Translations under genes and position numbers: made by a program
Assembly (NCBI GenBank): GCA_016214565.1
Contig: JACROE010000002.1
Span: 344,007 to 408,006, forward strand
From: Candidatus Kerfeldbacteria bacterium
GTDB lineage: Bacteria > Patescibacteriota > Patescibacteriia > UBA10025 > JAHIVO01
DNA length: 64,000 bases
Direction of reading: 5' to 3'
In this document: positions 30,400 through 40,819 of the stretch, piece after piece
Layout of the letters: every line of letters begins with the position of its first letter
Position numbering within the stretch: position 1 is the stretch's first letter
Notes under the pieces: generated by a model
Told to the model about the DNA's origin: nothing
What the model saw: only the letters and a program-made list of their open reading frames with translations
Databases searched by the model: none

Positions 30400-31683
30400 C
30401 TAGGCGCGATTGCGCTCGCGGAAATAATCAAAAACTTTTCGATTGCGTAAAATAGTCCTCAGATAATCGCGATATTCCGGCGACTGTAATTGCTTGAGGG
30501 TGTCTGGCTGATCGGCCACGCCCTGTTGTTCCTTTTCCACCGCAGCAGTGAGTTCGGATTCCTCAACCGTAATTTTCTCAGCCACCGCTAAGGCGCGTAG
30601 GATGAGAGCTGTTTTGACGCGCCGCTCAGCGCGCGGAGTTAATTCAGTGCGCAATCCCGCCCGATCTTTTTTGATACTTTGCAGATAATCATCAAACTTC
30701 ATGCCCTGATGCGATACATCGTGCTCCAATTCATGCAGCATGCGGTCTAATTCATTTGAAATAAGAATCTCGGGAATCGGATCAAACGTCGTCTGATTAA
30801 TCAATTGATCAATAATGGCTAATTCCCAGCGCTGCTGCTCTTTCTCCGTTTTCTCCTCAGTAATATTTTTTTTAATTTGTTCCCGCAGTGCTGCCAAAGT
30901 TTCAAATCGACCAACGGTTTTGGCCCAAGCATCATCGAGTGGCGGCAAGGTGACTTCCGCGACACTCTGCACCGTCACCCGGAAGGTGGCCGGTTGCCCC
31001 GCTAAGTGTTTGGCGTGGTACTGCTTGGGAAACGTTAAGGTAAATTCTTTTGTCTCACCCTTTTTCGCACCAACCAGCTCGTCTTCAAACCCAGGAATAA
31101 AATTCCCCTCGCCAATCACCACGCGCTGCTTTTTTCCACTGCCACCCTCAATCGGCACATTATCACGAAATACTTCGAGGTCAATCTCGGCCACGTCGCC
31201 CGACTGCAGAGGCCGGTCAACCGGTTGCTCAGCGCCAAACATCCGCCGCAACCGCGTTATGGTTGTGTCGATTTCTTCATCAGTCACCGTCACTTCTTTG
31301 TGTGCCTCACGGACTTTGTGGTAGGAACCAAGCTTAATCTGCGGCACCAAGGCCACCGTGGCGGTATACACCAATTCATTTCCCGGGGCGAGCTTCTCCA
31401 CGCTCACTTCAGGCGTGCCAATGGTCTGGAGATTATGTTCTACGACGGCCTGCGGATACGTGGCAGCAACAACTTTTTCTGCGGCATGCTGGTAGATGCG
31501 CATCGCGCCCACCTCGCGTTCCAGGATATCACGTGGGGCTTTGCCCGGTCGGAAACCGGCAATCCGCACTTCCCGATTAATCTCCTGAGTGGCCTGCTCG
31601 AGATAGGGCGCCAGATCATCATGAGGAATACTGATGGTCAAGACCGCAGTGCTGTTCGATTGTTTCTGAAGAGTACTTGTCAT
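30400..31683 (-). CDS. tig: Trigger factor
   Basis: GFRPGKAP, FIPGFED FKBP domain. Confidence 0.97.
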   Translation of the reverse strand: MTSTLQKQSNSTAVLTISIPHDDLAPYLEQATQEINREVRIAGFRPGKAPRDILEREVGAMRIYQHAAEKVVAATYPQAVVEHNLQTIGTPEVSVEKLAPGNELVYTATVALVPQIKLGSYHKVREAHKEVTVTDEEIDTTITRLRRMFGAEQPVDRPLQSGDVAEIDLEVFRDNVPIEGGSGKKQRVVIGEGNFIPGFEDELVGAKKGETKEFTLTFPKQYHAKHLAGQPATFRVTVQSVAEVTLPPLDDAWAKTVGRFETLAALREQIKKNITEEKTEKEQQRWELAIIDQLINQTTFDPIPEILISNELDRMLHELEHDVSHQGMKFDDYLQSIKKDRAGLRTELTPRAERRVKTALILRALAVAEKITVEESELTAAVEKEQQGVADQPDTLKQLQSPEYRDYLRTILRNRKVFDYFRERNRA

Positions 31684-32222
31684 AATTTATTCTTTTGAAT
31701 GCGAAGCGAATAAGCTATTAAATTTACGAGAATATGGAGGCTAAACCCGACCACCAAAGCTGTACCAATCATCTGCCACGTCGGAACAACCGAAAGGCTG
31801 ACGAATCCAGCGGCCCCCAATACATAGTCAATCTGATCAAACGGCATCCAGGAAACGCCTGGCGCGATGCCAAATTGACGCTTGGCAATACTTTTTACCA
31901 TATCTCCAATCAGTGCGCCAGCGCCCAGCAGGAGTGGGAACACGATGCTGGCCGATGAATAATCCAATAAGCTGATGTCGTGCGCCCAATCATACGACTG
32001 GTACAACCACTGCTGGAGATAAAAAAACGCCGTGCCCGCAATCATTCCCGTGATAACCCCCCGCCACGTTTTGTGATCACCCAGGATACGCTTTCCCCGC
32101 CACGTATGGCCAGCATCAATAGGCAGCGCAGGTACGGGTAAAAACCGGGACATGGACGCGCCCATATTTGCTATCCCCGCCGGAAGGAAAAACCAGATTA
32201 CCTGCCCAATAAAGAACCACAT
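31680..32222 (-). CDS. CDP-archaeol synthase-like (CarS/DUF46)
   Basis: PAGIANM, PIDAG, RILGDHKTWRG, GDMVKSIAKR, FDQIDY. Confidence 0.9.
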   Translation of the reverse strand: MWFFIGQVIWFFLPAGIANMGASMSRFLPVPALPIDAGHTWRGKRILGDHKTWRGVITGMIAGTAFFYLQQWLYQSYDWAHDISLLDYSSASIVFPLLLGAGALIGDMVKSIAKRQFGIAPGVSWMPFDQIDYVLGAAGFVSLSVVPTWQMIGTALVVGFSLHILVNLIAYSLRIQKNKL

Positions 32223-32335
32223 GCCATTACAAAAAACAGTACATTAAGTACTGCCATTGTATCAGGTTCAACCTAATAATTAAAGTTGGGATAGAATACT
32301 ACGATGCCACCGTGCATATTCCCAACATTCCCGAA

Positions 32336-33793
32336 TCAATCTTTTGGTCGGACATCGACAATGCGCTTCTCCTTCAATTCTGTCTCCATGCCCAGCATGC
32401 GGAGCAGCTCATCTAAGGGCTTCTGACGGATAACCGCCGAGACAAAGATTTGATTATGTACCAACTTGTTCACCGTATGCTCCAATTGGGTAAAATCAGC
32501 TCCGGCTTTTGGCGCGAGATATATGGTAATCTCATCCAGTCCGTGCGGGTCATTATCTTTTTTAGAAATTTCAACTTGCCACTCCTCAATTTCCGGCAAA
32601 CCTGACAAGAGAGGATAAAAATCATTCAAATTTACTAATTCACCTTTTACTTTCGTGAGGTGAAATTCTTTGATCTCGGTTGTCCGCTGCAAATCAATGC
32701 CAATGCGTGGCACAGTTCGGCCACAATACTGGCACGGACTGTAGTCAATCCCGGTGGTCATGTCACCAGTGCGATAGCGAACAACGACTGATCCGCGCCA
32801 ACCAAAACTGGTGTAAACGAGCTCACCCGGCTGTCCCTCAGGAACTCGTTTTCCGTCCGTATCAATTACTTCAAAATAACCTAAATCAGGATACAGGTGA
32901 TACCCTGACTTTTCATGACACTGAATCCAGGCAGTCTTGGCTTCAGTAAAAGCGTATGTACTCAAGAATCGAACATTCGGAGCGCCGAGCTGAGCCAATA
33001 ATGCTTTTACTTTCGCGCGCATACCTTCGCTAGCGCGTTCACCACCGGTAATAAATGTTTCCAGGCCTGAGAAGTCACGCTTCTGTTTCACCGCTTCGCG
33101 TAACAGGTGATAGCCATACCCAGGGATGCAAACGAATAACCCCGCTTTCATGCCTTCGAGCGCATCCATAATTTTCTGTGTGCCCATGACCTTGCCACCG
33201 CCTGTTTGCAGTGAAGTAATCCCCAATTGCACCAGCGCGTTATACGCTTGCCAGAAAGCAAGGTGAGGCGCATAGGGAAACGCATTGATTGCCACCTTAT
33301 CGCGTGACACATGTGCAACGCCAAACATGCGCTCACCCGCCTCCTTCAGAATCTCAATGTCTGATTCAGTGTAACCGAATGCCGTGGGCAGGGCACTGCG
33401 ACCGGTCGTAAAATGAAGATGAATGGGTTTGTATAATTTTTCTAATTTCCGCTTTACGTCCTGACCGGTGAGTTTCCCCCAGATGACTTTAGCCAAGAGC
33501 GATATTGGGGCGTATTTCTTAATCAAATGCTCATCAGGCTGCAGCATGAAGGTACGCGGCTTGCCCTTATCATCAGCGGTTGGAGCGATATCTGCCTTCG
33601 TGGTAAATGGGACGCGCTGTAAATCATCGACGGTACGAATTGATTTGAAATCAATATTATTCTTTTTGAATAATTCTCGATAAAACGGCGAGTAGGGTAA
33701 TTCATGCTGAAAGAAATAGGCGACTCGTTTATTTTGTAATAAGCGTTGTTCCTCAAGTGACATCTGGGTGATGCGGTTCCAAAGATATGACAT
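32336..33793 (-). CDS. Phenylacetate-CoA-ligase-like adenylate-forming enzyme
   Basis: PFYR, PFTTKAD, HFTTGRS, GGE, YAFTE, GELVYT, RYRTGD. Confidence 0.85.
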   Translation of the reverse strand: MSYLWNRITQMSLEEQRLLQNKRVAYFFQHELPYSPFYRELFKKNNIDFKSIRTVDDLQRVPFTTKADIAPTADDKGKPRTFMLQPDEHLIKKYAPISLLAKVIWGKLTGQDVKRKLEKLYKPIHLHFTTGRSALPTAFGYTESDIEILKEAGERMFGVAHVSRDKVAINAFPYAPHLAFWQAYNALVQLGITSLQTGGGKVMGTQKIMDALEGMKAGLFVCIPGYGYHLLREAVKQKRDFSGLETFITGGERASEGMRAKVKALLAQLGAPNVRFLSTYAFTEAKTAWIQCHEKSGYHLYPDLGYFEVIDTDGKRVPEGQPGELVYTSFGWRGSVVVRYRTGDMTTGIDYSPCQYCGRTVPRIGIDLQRTTEIKEFHLTKVKGELVNLNDFYPLLSGLPEIEEWQVEISKKDNDPHGLDEITIYLAPKAGADFTQLEHTVNKLVHNQIFVSAVIRQKPLDELLRMLGMETELKEKRIVDVRPKD

Positions 33794-33803
33794 AGTGTGT
33801 TCG

Positions 33804-34469
33804 TTAATTTTTCCTATTAATATGTGTTAACCCATCAATACGATCCATAATAAAATGTGTAGCTTCAACCAACACATCCTTACTCAAGTCCCGCCCGTAG
33901 TACTGCGTCAGTTCAAATGGCTTGCCGATGTGGATTTCTAACGCGTGTGGGTTTAAGAGTATATTTTTTATAACCTGGCGCCGGCGATACAATTTCGGAA
34001 GATCAGGACGCACCGTCACGTCGTGCACCATGCCTATAGGCACAATCGGCACCCGATTCCAGATGGCCAAGCGAGCCGTACCAGTCTTTGCCCGCATCTT
34101 TTCTTCATTATACTCCTGAATGATCCCCTCCGGAAAAATACCAACAATGTTTCCCTTTTTTAAATACGTGTCCGCAATCTCAAGCGAACGGTGCGGGTTG
34201 TCTCGTTCAAATGGAATACAATTCGCCCATTTTTCTGCTACAATTTTTTCCCAATACCAGCCCCAGGGGGCCGTATTTGAAATAAATGCGATCTTCTGTT
34301 TGAGATAGGGTAACAGCACTGCGCCAATAAACACGCCGTCCAATGGCCCAAGATGTTTACAGGCGATAAGATAGGGCCCCTGCAAAGGTACGTTTTCCAA
34401 ACCAACCGTCTTCTTGATAAAAAACCGAACGAAGGGAAAAAGAGTTCGACGAGAAATTGGATAAAACAT
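33804..34469 (-). CDS. Lysophospholipid acyltransferase (PlsC-like)
   Basis: HLGPLD (HxxxxD), IFPEG, KTGTARLA, PIVPIG. Confidence 0.9.
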   Translation of the reverse strand: MFYPISRRTLFPFVRFFIKKTVGLENVPLQGPYLIACKHLGPLDGVFIGAVLLPYLKQKIAFISNTAPWGWYWEKIVAEKWANCIPFERDNPHRSLEIADTYLKKGNIVGIFPEGIIQEYNEEKMRAKTGTARLAIWNRVPIVPIGMVHDVTVRPDLPKLYRRRQVIKNILLNPHALEIHIGKPFELTQYYGRDLSKDVLVEATHFIMDRIDGLTHINRKN

Positions 34470-34470
34470 A

Positions 34471-35112
34471 CTATTGGTGTGGGGTAATAGGGGCGCCAAT
34501 TAATGCGCCAATGGTGCGCATTAAGTCATCAGTGGCGCGATGCAATAATTCACGAGTGATTGGTTGATGACGATACGCACTCAAATCCAATGGCTTACCA
34601 AAATGAATAGCAATGTGACGATCGGGTCTCAAGAAGCTAGCAAATGAGCTGAGCATAGAAAAGCCCATCGTGTTTTGAATGCCAACTGGAATAAGCGGCA
34701 CTCCGGTTGCCAGCGCCATGCGGATTGCCCCAGTCTTGCCCAACATTAACTGCGGTGGATGGGTATTTCGGCCACCTTCCGGAAAAATACCCACGGTCTT
34801 TCCGGCGCGCGCCAGCTCAATCATACGTTCTAATGATCCGCGAACATTGCCCGGTTGCAGCCGTACCATCCCCCAATACCGGGTAGCCAGCGGCCCACCC
34901 CAGAGACGCCACATAATATCGAGCGTTAAAAATTGGATTGGTTCGGCTAAGTACGGCAACATGGTCATGGCAATGGCGGGCCCATCAAAAAACCCCACGT
35001 GATTCAAAGCCAAAATATACGGGGGTTTTTGAGGAATATTCTCCGTGCCGGTCACCGGCGTGATCACGCGGCGGCCAAGCGGGCGCAACAGTCGAAAGAA
35101 AAGCCGATACAT
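34471..35112 (-). CDS. Lysophospholipid acyltransferase (PlsC-like)
   Basis: NHVGFFD, IFPEGGR, KTGAIRMA, PLIPVG. Confidence 0.9.
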   Translation of the reverse strand: MYRLFFRLLRPLGRRVITPVTGTENIPQKPPYILALNHVGFFDGPAIAMTMLPYLAEPIQFLTLDIMWRLWGGPLATRYWGMVRLQPGNVRGSLERMIELARAGKTVGIFPEGGRNTHPPQLMLGKTGAIRMALATGVPLIPVGIQNTMGFSMLSSFASFLRPDRHIAIHFGKPLDLSAYRHQPITRELLHRATDDLMRTIGALIGAPITPHQ

Positions 35113-35136
35113 AGGCTGGTCTTCGAGGAGAAATAA

Positions 35137-37131
35137 TTAAATAATGATCCCAATAATCAAAATAGCAACGATATTGAGAATCTTAATCATGGGATTAATG
35201 GCTGGGCCGGCCGTGTCCTTGTATGGATCGCCAACCGTGTCGCCAGTTACTGCCGCTGCATGAGCCGAAGATCCTTTGCCACCATGATTACCTTGCTCGA
35301 TGTATTTCTTGGCATTGTCCCAAGCCGCACCGCCGGTGGTCATGGAAATGGCCACAAAGATGCCAGTCACGATACTCCCGACTAATAATCCACCCAGAGC
35401 AACGGGGCCAAGGATCCAGCCCACGAGGATGGGAGCGAGTACGGGCGTCAGCGCCGGGATAATCATTTGTTTAATCGCTCCTTTAGTCACAATATCAACC
35501 GTGCGGGCATAATCTGGTTTCTCGGTTCCCTGCATAATGCCGGGTTTCTCTTTAAACTGCCGTCGCACTTCATTCACGACATACCCCGCCACAGTACCCA
35601 CTGCTTGCATGGCTTGGGCGCCGAAGAAATAAGGCAGTAAGCCGCCAATAAATAATCCCACAATCACATACGGATCATCCAGAGAAAAATCAAAAAATTT
35701 TCCTTGAGCCGCCAGTTCCTCAATATATGAAGCAAAGAGGACAATCGCCGCGAGACCGGCCGAACCGATGGCGTAGCCTTTCGTGATTGCCTTCGTCGTA
35801 TTGCCGACCGCATCCAATGCATCAGTGACTTCTCGAACGTCCTCGGGCAATTTTGACATTTCAGCAATGCCGCCAGCGTTGTCTGTAATCGGACCAAATG
35901 AGTCAATCGTGACGATGATGCCGGCGAGTGACAACATGCTCATCACCGCGATAGCAATACCATATACATCAGCTAAGGCATACGCACCGAGAATACCCGC
36001 GGCAATCACCACCACCGGCAATGCGGTTGATTTCATGCTGACCGCGAGTCCGGTAATAATATTGGTGCCGTGACCTGTCTCAGAGCTCTCCGCCACTGAT
36101 TTCACCGGGCCGTATTTGGTCGAGGTATAATATTCAGTCAATAGAACGATCAGTGCAGTTACGACCAAACCAATCAATGCGGCAAAATAAATGCTGAGCG
36201 TAGTGTACTGTCCATTATCAGCCATCAACCAATTAGTAATAGGGAAGAAACCAATCGCGGCTAAGACGCCAGATACGATCAACCCCTTATACAGAGCCCC
36301 CATAATGCTTTTCCCTTTGCCCAATCGGATAAATATGACACCAAGGATAGAACAGATAATTGCCAGCGCACCAATCACCAGTGGGAAGAGTAGCGCATTT
36401 TCGAAATTATCAAACGTCAATGAACCGAGTAACATTGCGGCTACGGCCGTGACCGCATAAGTTTCAAATAAATCAGCTGCCATACCCGCACAATCGCCAA
36501 CGTTATCTCCCACGTTATCAGCAATCACAGCTGGATTGCGTGGATCATCCTCGGGAATACCCGCCTCTACTTTACCCACTAAATCCGCGCCCACATCTGC
36601 TGCTTTGGTATAGATACCGCCGCCGAGCCGGGCAAAAATTGAGATTAAACTACCACCAAAACCAAGACCAACTAAAGCAGACACGTCTTTGGTAATGGCA
36701 TAATAACCAGCGACACCCAATAACCCTAAACCAACCACGAGTAAACCAGTGACGGCACCACCGCGTGCGGCGATGGCTAATGCCGCGCCAAGCCCCGATC
36801 GAGCTGCTTCAGCAGTGCGCACATTGGCGCGGACAGAAATATTCATGCCAATATAGCCAGCAACAGCCGAAAGAATTGCACCAATTACGAAACCAATACC
36901 AGTTTGGATGTCCAGGAGCCACCAGAGTAAACCAAAAATAAACACCGCAATAACAGCAACCGTGCGATATTGACGGTTGAGATACGCACGTGCGCCCTGC
37001 TGAATAGCCAGCGCAATTTCTTGCATGGTTTCATTACCTGCGGGCTTGCGTAAGATCCAACGAACTAACCAGAGGCCATAAAGAATAGCGGCAATAGCGG
37101 CGGCCAGAGAGATATAGAGTGCGTTTGACAT
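35137..37131 (-). CDS. hppA: Membrane-bound proton-translocating pyrophosphatase, predicted K+-independent
   Basis: [35 protein letters not shown] (Lys at the K+-dependence site), [10 protein letters not shown]. Confidence 0.97.
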   Translation of the reverse strand: MSNALYISLAAAIAAILYGLWLVRWILRKPAGNETMQEIALAIQQGARAYLNRQYRTVAVIAVFIFGLLWWLLDIQTGIGFVIGAILSAVAGYIGMNISVRANVRTAEAARSGLGAALAIAARGGAVTGLLVVGLGLLGVAGYYAITKDVSALVGLGFGGSLISIFARLGGGIYTKAADVGADLVGKVEAGIPEDDPRNPAVIADNVGDNVGDCAGMAADLFETYAVTAVAAMLLGSLTFDNFENALLFPLVIGALAIICSILGVIFIRLGKGKSIMGALYKGLIVSGVLAAIGFFPITNWLMADNGQYTTLSIYFAALIGLVVTALIVLLTEYYTSTKYGPVKSVAESSETGHGTNIITGLAVSMKSTALPVVVIAAGILGAYALADVYGIAIAVMSMLSLAGIIVTIDSFGPITDNAGGIAEMSKLPEDVREVTDALDAVGNTTKAITKGYAIGSAGLAAIVLFASYIEELAAQGKFFDFSLDDPYVIVGLFIGGLLPYFFGAQAMQAVGTVAGYVVNEVRRQFKEKPGIMQGTEKPDYARTVDIVTKGAIKQMIIPALTPVLAPILVGWILGPVALGGLLVGSIVTGIFVAISMTTGGAAWDNAKKYIEQGNHGGKGSSAHAAAVTGDTVGDPYKDTAGPAINPMIKILNIVAILIIGIII

Positions 37132-37156
37132 ACTAAATAGTAAGTATGATTAATTA

Positions 37157-38512
37157 TTATTCTTTTGGTTCATCAGCCGGGGTTTCGGGTTCCGCGGGGA
37201 CTGCTTCCGATGCGGCGGCTTCAGCCTCCGTCACTGCCTCTGGAGCCGCGGCGGGGGCATCAGCGACCGATTCTGCGCTCGCGTCAGCTGTTCCCTCGGC
37301 TGCTTCTGGTCTCTTGGGACGCTCACCTGACTCAGAAACAATATCAATCTTCCAGCCAGTCAGCTTCGCTGACAATCGGACATTCTGGCCAGATTTACCG
37401 ATGGCTAAAGATAACTGATCTTCTTTTACTTCCGCTTTAGCGGTTTTTTCCTCGAGATTCGTTTGAACACTTAATACCTTAGCGGGGGAAAGGGCATTCG
37501 AAATAAATTTCACCGCGTCATCATCCCATTCAATAATATCAATTTTTTCACCACCAATTTCGGAAATAATAGTCTGCACGCGGGAACCGCGCTGGCCAAC
37601 GCAGGAGCCGACCGGATCAATATTTTTCTGATCGGTCCAAACGGCAATCTTAGTCCGGGATCCCGCTTCACGGGCAATTGATTTTATCTCCACTGAACCA
37701 TTGCCAATCTCAGGGACTTCCAAACTGAACAGTTTGCGCACCAATTCGGGATGAGCGCGGGACAACAGAATTTCCGGTCCTTTCGGTGTAGTACTCACGG
37801 AAACAACGTAGAATTTTAGACGCTGCCCCGGCGTATAACGCTCGTGGGGCACCTGCTCCGCCGGAGGCACGATAGCAGTAGCCTGACCCAGGTCAATTAA
37901 AACGACCCGACCCTCGACGCGCTGCACGGTGCCATTAATCACTTCCCCTTCCTTATCTTTGTACTCACGGAAAATCATATCTCGCTCAGCTTCACGCAGG
38001 CGCTGAATAATAACTTGTTTAGCTGTTTGTGCAGCCATACGGCCATAGGCAGCCGGGGGGAATAGTTCAGTTTTAATCTCGTCACCGAGTGCTGCACCTG
38101 ATGTGATCGCCTGTGCCTCAGTCAAGGTAATCTCGGTTTTTGGATTAAACCGCTCAAATTCTTCGGTAGCCTCCTCTGTTACCGGGGTAACGGGAGCGAC
38201 GGGCGTCACCGCATCGGACGATTCCGCTGCGGCTGCCTCGGCGGCCGCTTGGCGTTCCGCTAATAATTTTTCTGTAAGCTCCTTTTTCTCGTCCGTCACG
38301 ACAGTCTTCACATCAAAGACGCGCGCTGAGCCGTCTTCCATATTGAATGTAACTTTGATATTCTGGTTCTTTTCACCAAAATCTTTTCGATAGGCCACGG
38401 CTAAAGCCGCCTCAATCGTTTCGATAACCGAATCAAGCGAAATATGCTTCTCTTCGCAAATAATTTTTGCTGCTTCTAATATCTCTTGTGCTTGTGATTT
38501 CATACGCGCCAC
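37157..38512 (-). CDS. nusA: Transcription termination factor NusA
   Basis: GRMAAQTAKQVI, AREAGSRTKIAV, DPVGSCVG, SLAIGKSGQNVRL. Confidence 0.98.
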   Translation of the reverse strand: MARMKSQAQEILEAAKIICEEKHISLDSVIETIEAALAVAYRKDFGEKNQNIKVTFNMEDGSARVFDVKTVVTDEKKELTEKLLAERQAAAEAAAAESSDAVTPVAPVTPVTEEATEEFERFNPKTEITLTEAQAITSGAALGDEIKTELFPPAAYGRMAAQTAKQVIIQRLREAERDMIFREYKDKEGEVINGTVQRVEGRVVLIDLGQATAIVPPAEQVPHERYTPGQRLKFYVVSVSTTPKGPEILLSRAHPELVRKLFSLEVPEIGNGSVEIKSIAREAGSRTKIAVWTDQKNIDPVGSCVGQRGSRVQTIISEIGGEKIDIIEWDDDAVKFISNALSPAKVLSVQTNLEEKTAKAEVKEDQLSLAIGKSGQNVRLSAKLTGWKIDIVSESGERPKRPEAAEGTADASAESVADAPAAAPEAVTEAEAAASEAVPAEPETPADEPKE

Positions 38513-38526
38513 GATAATTTAGTACT

Positions 38527-38597
38527 AAAAAAACCAGTTATCATCATGATAACTAGTTATGCCATGAGTATAGACCAGCGAGAACCAGCCGTCAAGC
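38527..38597 (-). promoter_or_regulatory. nusA promoter with terminator-like hairpin in the leader
   Basis: Minus strand TTGACG-N17-TATACT, then AACTAGTTATCA/TGATAACTGGTT hairpin and T-run before the start codon. Confidence 0.65.
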
Positions 38598-38598
38598 C

Positions 38599-38949
38599 TC
38601 ACTCGAGCGGCATATGTCGATAATAGGTCAGGGGGCCATCGGGACGCACGATCGCCAGATCAAAGCGATATCGATTCGTCCACTGTACATTGGAGACGTA
38701 TAGGCTGATGCTCGCAGCTAACCGCTCCTGTTGTAACGGATGGAGGACTGGGAATCGCCCCAACCAATCTACCGATCGAGTTTTTACTTCAATAAATACC
38801 AATTCGTGAGCGCGGCAATCATAACTTATGATATCAATCTCACCATAACGGCAATGCCATTGCCGCGCCAATATCACATGTTGATTCCTGGCGAGATACT
38901 GCGCCACACGCGCCTCTCCTTGATTGCCAATTTTTTTCTGATACGACAT
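38599..38949 (-). CDS. YraN family (UPF0102) endonuclease-like protein
   Basis: GNQGE, GEIDII, FIEVKTR, RFD. Confidence 0.9.
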   Translation of the reverse strand: MSYQKKIGNQGEARVAQYLARNQHVILARQWHCRYGEIDIISYDCRAHELVFIEVKTRSVDWLGRFPVLHPLQQERLAASISLYVSNVQWTNRYRFDLAIVRPDGPLTYYRHMPLE

Positions 38950-39004
38950 ATCTTCCACACACTCAATTAGCGTGGGGAAGGTTTACTGACGTATAGATCT
39001 GAGA

Positions 39005-39565
39005 CTAGGCGTGCCGCTCGAAAACTAAGCCAAAATGATACGGCCCCGCCTCGATTTCACGGCGAAATTGAAAATGATGCTTCTCCAATAATGTCATAAC
39101 CGCCTCCGGCTCGATTCGATGAGTAGCGGGCGGGCCAAACTGCATATTGCTCTTTCGCCAATCAACGACAACTACGGTACTTCCCGGCTTGCCGATACGT
39201 TCAATTTCATTAATGATATTGTCTTGAGCTTTTGATTGTGACAGCAGCTGCACGAGGAGCGTCATGTCTATCGAATGATCATGAATTTTTTGTGCTCCAC
39301 CCACGCGCTCGGCATCTGACCAAACGGTGGTGAGATTCGCCAAACCAAACATTTTTGCTTTGCTTCTCAGCGCGGAGAGGGCGTCCTTCAATATGTCGAC
39401 AGAATACACATGTCCCGCATCGCCAACGATGCGCGCCGCCGCAATGGAAAAATATCCGCCGCCGCACCCAATATCGGCCACGTGCTTCCCGGCAACTAAT
39501 CCTGCCTTGGCTAAAATATTTTCCGGATGGAGAAAGGTAGAGCTTGAATGTGTAAAGCCAGTCAT
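39005..39565 (-). CDS. Class I SAM-dependent methyltransferase
   Basis: VADIGCGGG, VYSVD, VVDW, GPP. Confidence 0.88.
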   Translation of the reverse strand: MTGFTHSSSTFLHPENILAKAGLVAGKHVADIGCGGGYFSIAAARIVGDAGHVYSVDILKDALSALRSKAKMFGLANLTTVWSDAERVGGAQKIHDHSIDMTLLVQLLSQSKAQDNIINEIERIGKPGSTVVVVDWRKSNMQFGPPATHRIEPEAVMTLLEKHHFQFRREIEAGPYHFGLVFERHA

Positions 39566-39596
39566 AAGAGTGTACTCATAGTATAGCACAAGTGCT

Positions 39597-40214
39597 TTAT
39601 CCCCGCTGTACTATTGCCCGGATCGGCGCGTACGATCGCCGATGAATCGGAGACGCGCCATGCTGACGGAGTGCTCGCTGGTGCCATGCCGTGCCATACC
39701 CTTTGTGCTGAGCAAAACGGTAGAGTGGATAACGCCGATCATAGTGCACCATCATTCGATCGCGAAAAACTTTTGCCAGAATTGATGCAGCGGCAATGGA
39801 CATAATCTGAGCATCACCATCTATAATGGAATGGACGGGAATGTTCAGCGCGATCTTGAGCGTGCCATCAACTAAAGCAACATGCGGTAATTTCGGCAAC
39901 AACTCCAGGGCATGGGCGATGACGCGTATATTCGCTTCGCCCACGCCGACTCGATCTATCTCTGCCGAACTGATTGAGCAAATTTGATAGGCGAGCGCCT
40001 GCCCACAAATCTCATCACATAATTGTTCTCGATGTCGAGGAGACAATAGTTTTGAATCACGCAATCCGGGTAACGAATTGTTTGCCGGCAGAATAACCGC
40101 CGCAGCCACAATCGGTCCAGCCCAGGCGCCGCGCCCCGCTTCATCCGCGCCGGCAATCAACCGGTACCCCTTCCGACGATATTCATTTTCAATCTTTTGA
40201 TTTGGATATTGCAT
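39597..40214 (-). CDS. rnhB: Ribonuclease HII
   Basis: GADEAGRGAWAGP, DSKLL, SIAAASILAKV, HKGYGT, HRRSY; start set at MQYPNQ. Confidence 0.96.
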   Translation of the reverse strand: MQYPNQKIENEYRRKGYRLIAGADEAGRGAWAGPIVAAAVILPANNSLPGLRDSKLLSPRHREQLCDEICGQALAYQICSISSAEIDRVGVGEANIRVIAHALELLPKLPHVALVDGTLKIALNIPVHSIIDGDAQIMSIAAASILAKVFRDRMMVHYDRRYPLYRFAQHKGYGTAWHQRALRQHGASPIHRRSYAPIRAIVQRG

Positions 40215-40251
40215 AACCACAGTATATACCTTAATCAACAATTTCCTAATA

Positions 40252-40709
40252 ACAAAAAAGTGCGCCGGGTGAGGCGCGCCGATAAGGGGAAAGAGTGATA
40301 AGAAAAAAACCCGAAGGTGTGTTCTTATGGAATTGAAAAGGAGGTGTAGCGCACCAATAATATATTGTTTTATATGCGACACCTCCCTGATGGGAGTGTC
40401 GTGAGCGTTAACCGCTCGTATGTAGGTCGGATGCACCGACGCACATATGAGCAGTTAATGCCACATATGAAACTCCCATTATGTTGCCTTTTGCGTTGGA
40501 TTTTTCAAAAAGCGAATTTCTCTACCTTCTTGTGGTGTTCTCTCTGCTATTTTTTTGTTTTGCGCAAAGAGTTACCTTTTTGTTTTGTTTCGTTTTTTGT
40601 TCGCGATGTCCAACTGCATCGCTCCAAAAGTAGAGAAAGCATACAACCGAACTCATTCGGGCATATCGCTTCCGCTACCTTACTGTGGATAAGTTTTCAA
40701 ATTTCGTAT
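40252..40709 (-). ncRNA. Candidate ~460-nt structured non-coding RNA
   Basis: TTGACA-17-TATACT promoter (40744-40716), several long helices, cUUCGg loop, GC hairpin plus T6 end; no credible ORF. Confidence 0.5.
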
Positions 40710-40819
40710 GCGACCAGTATATCATAATAAAAGACCAATGTCAATAGTTTCTTTTGGCTAATATTAAATAAAAATAAAAAATGGTTTAAATTAAACCATT
40801 ACTACTAATATTTTTTCGT

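Noticed and set aside
40685-40693. Single DnaA box TGTGGATAA as oriC
   Set aside because: Isolated box, with no cluster and no dnaA/dnaN nearby
40252-40709. RNase P RNA, tmRNA or SRP RNA; also the 120-aa ORF at 40365 and the long N-terminal extension of rnhB
   Set aside because: No GAGGAAAGUCC, tRNA-like ends or SRP core; the ORFs translate low-complexity A/T tracts
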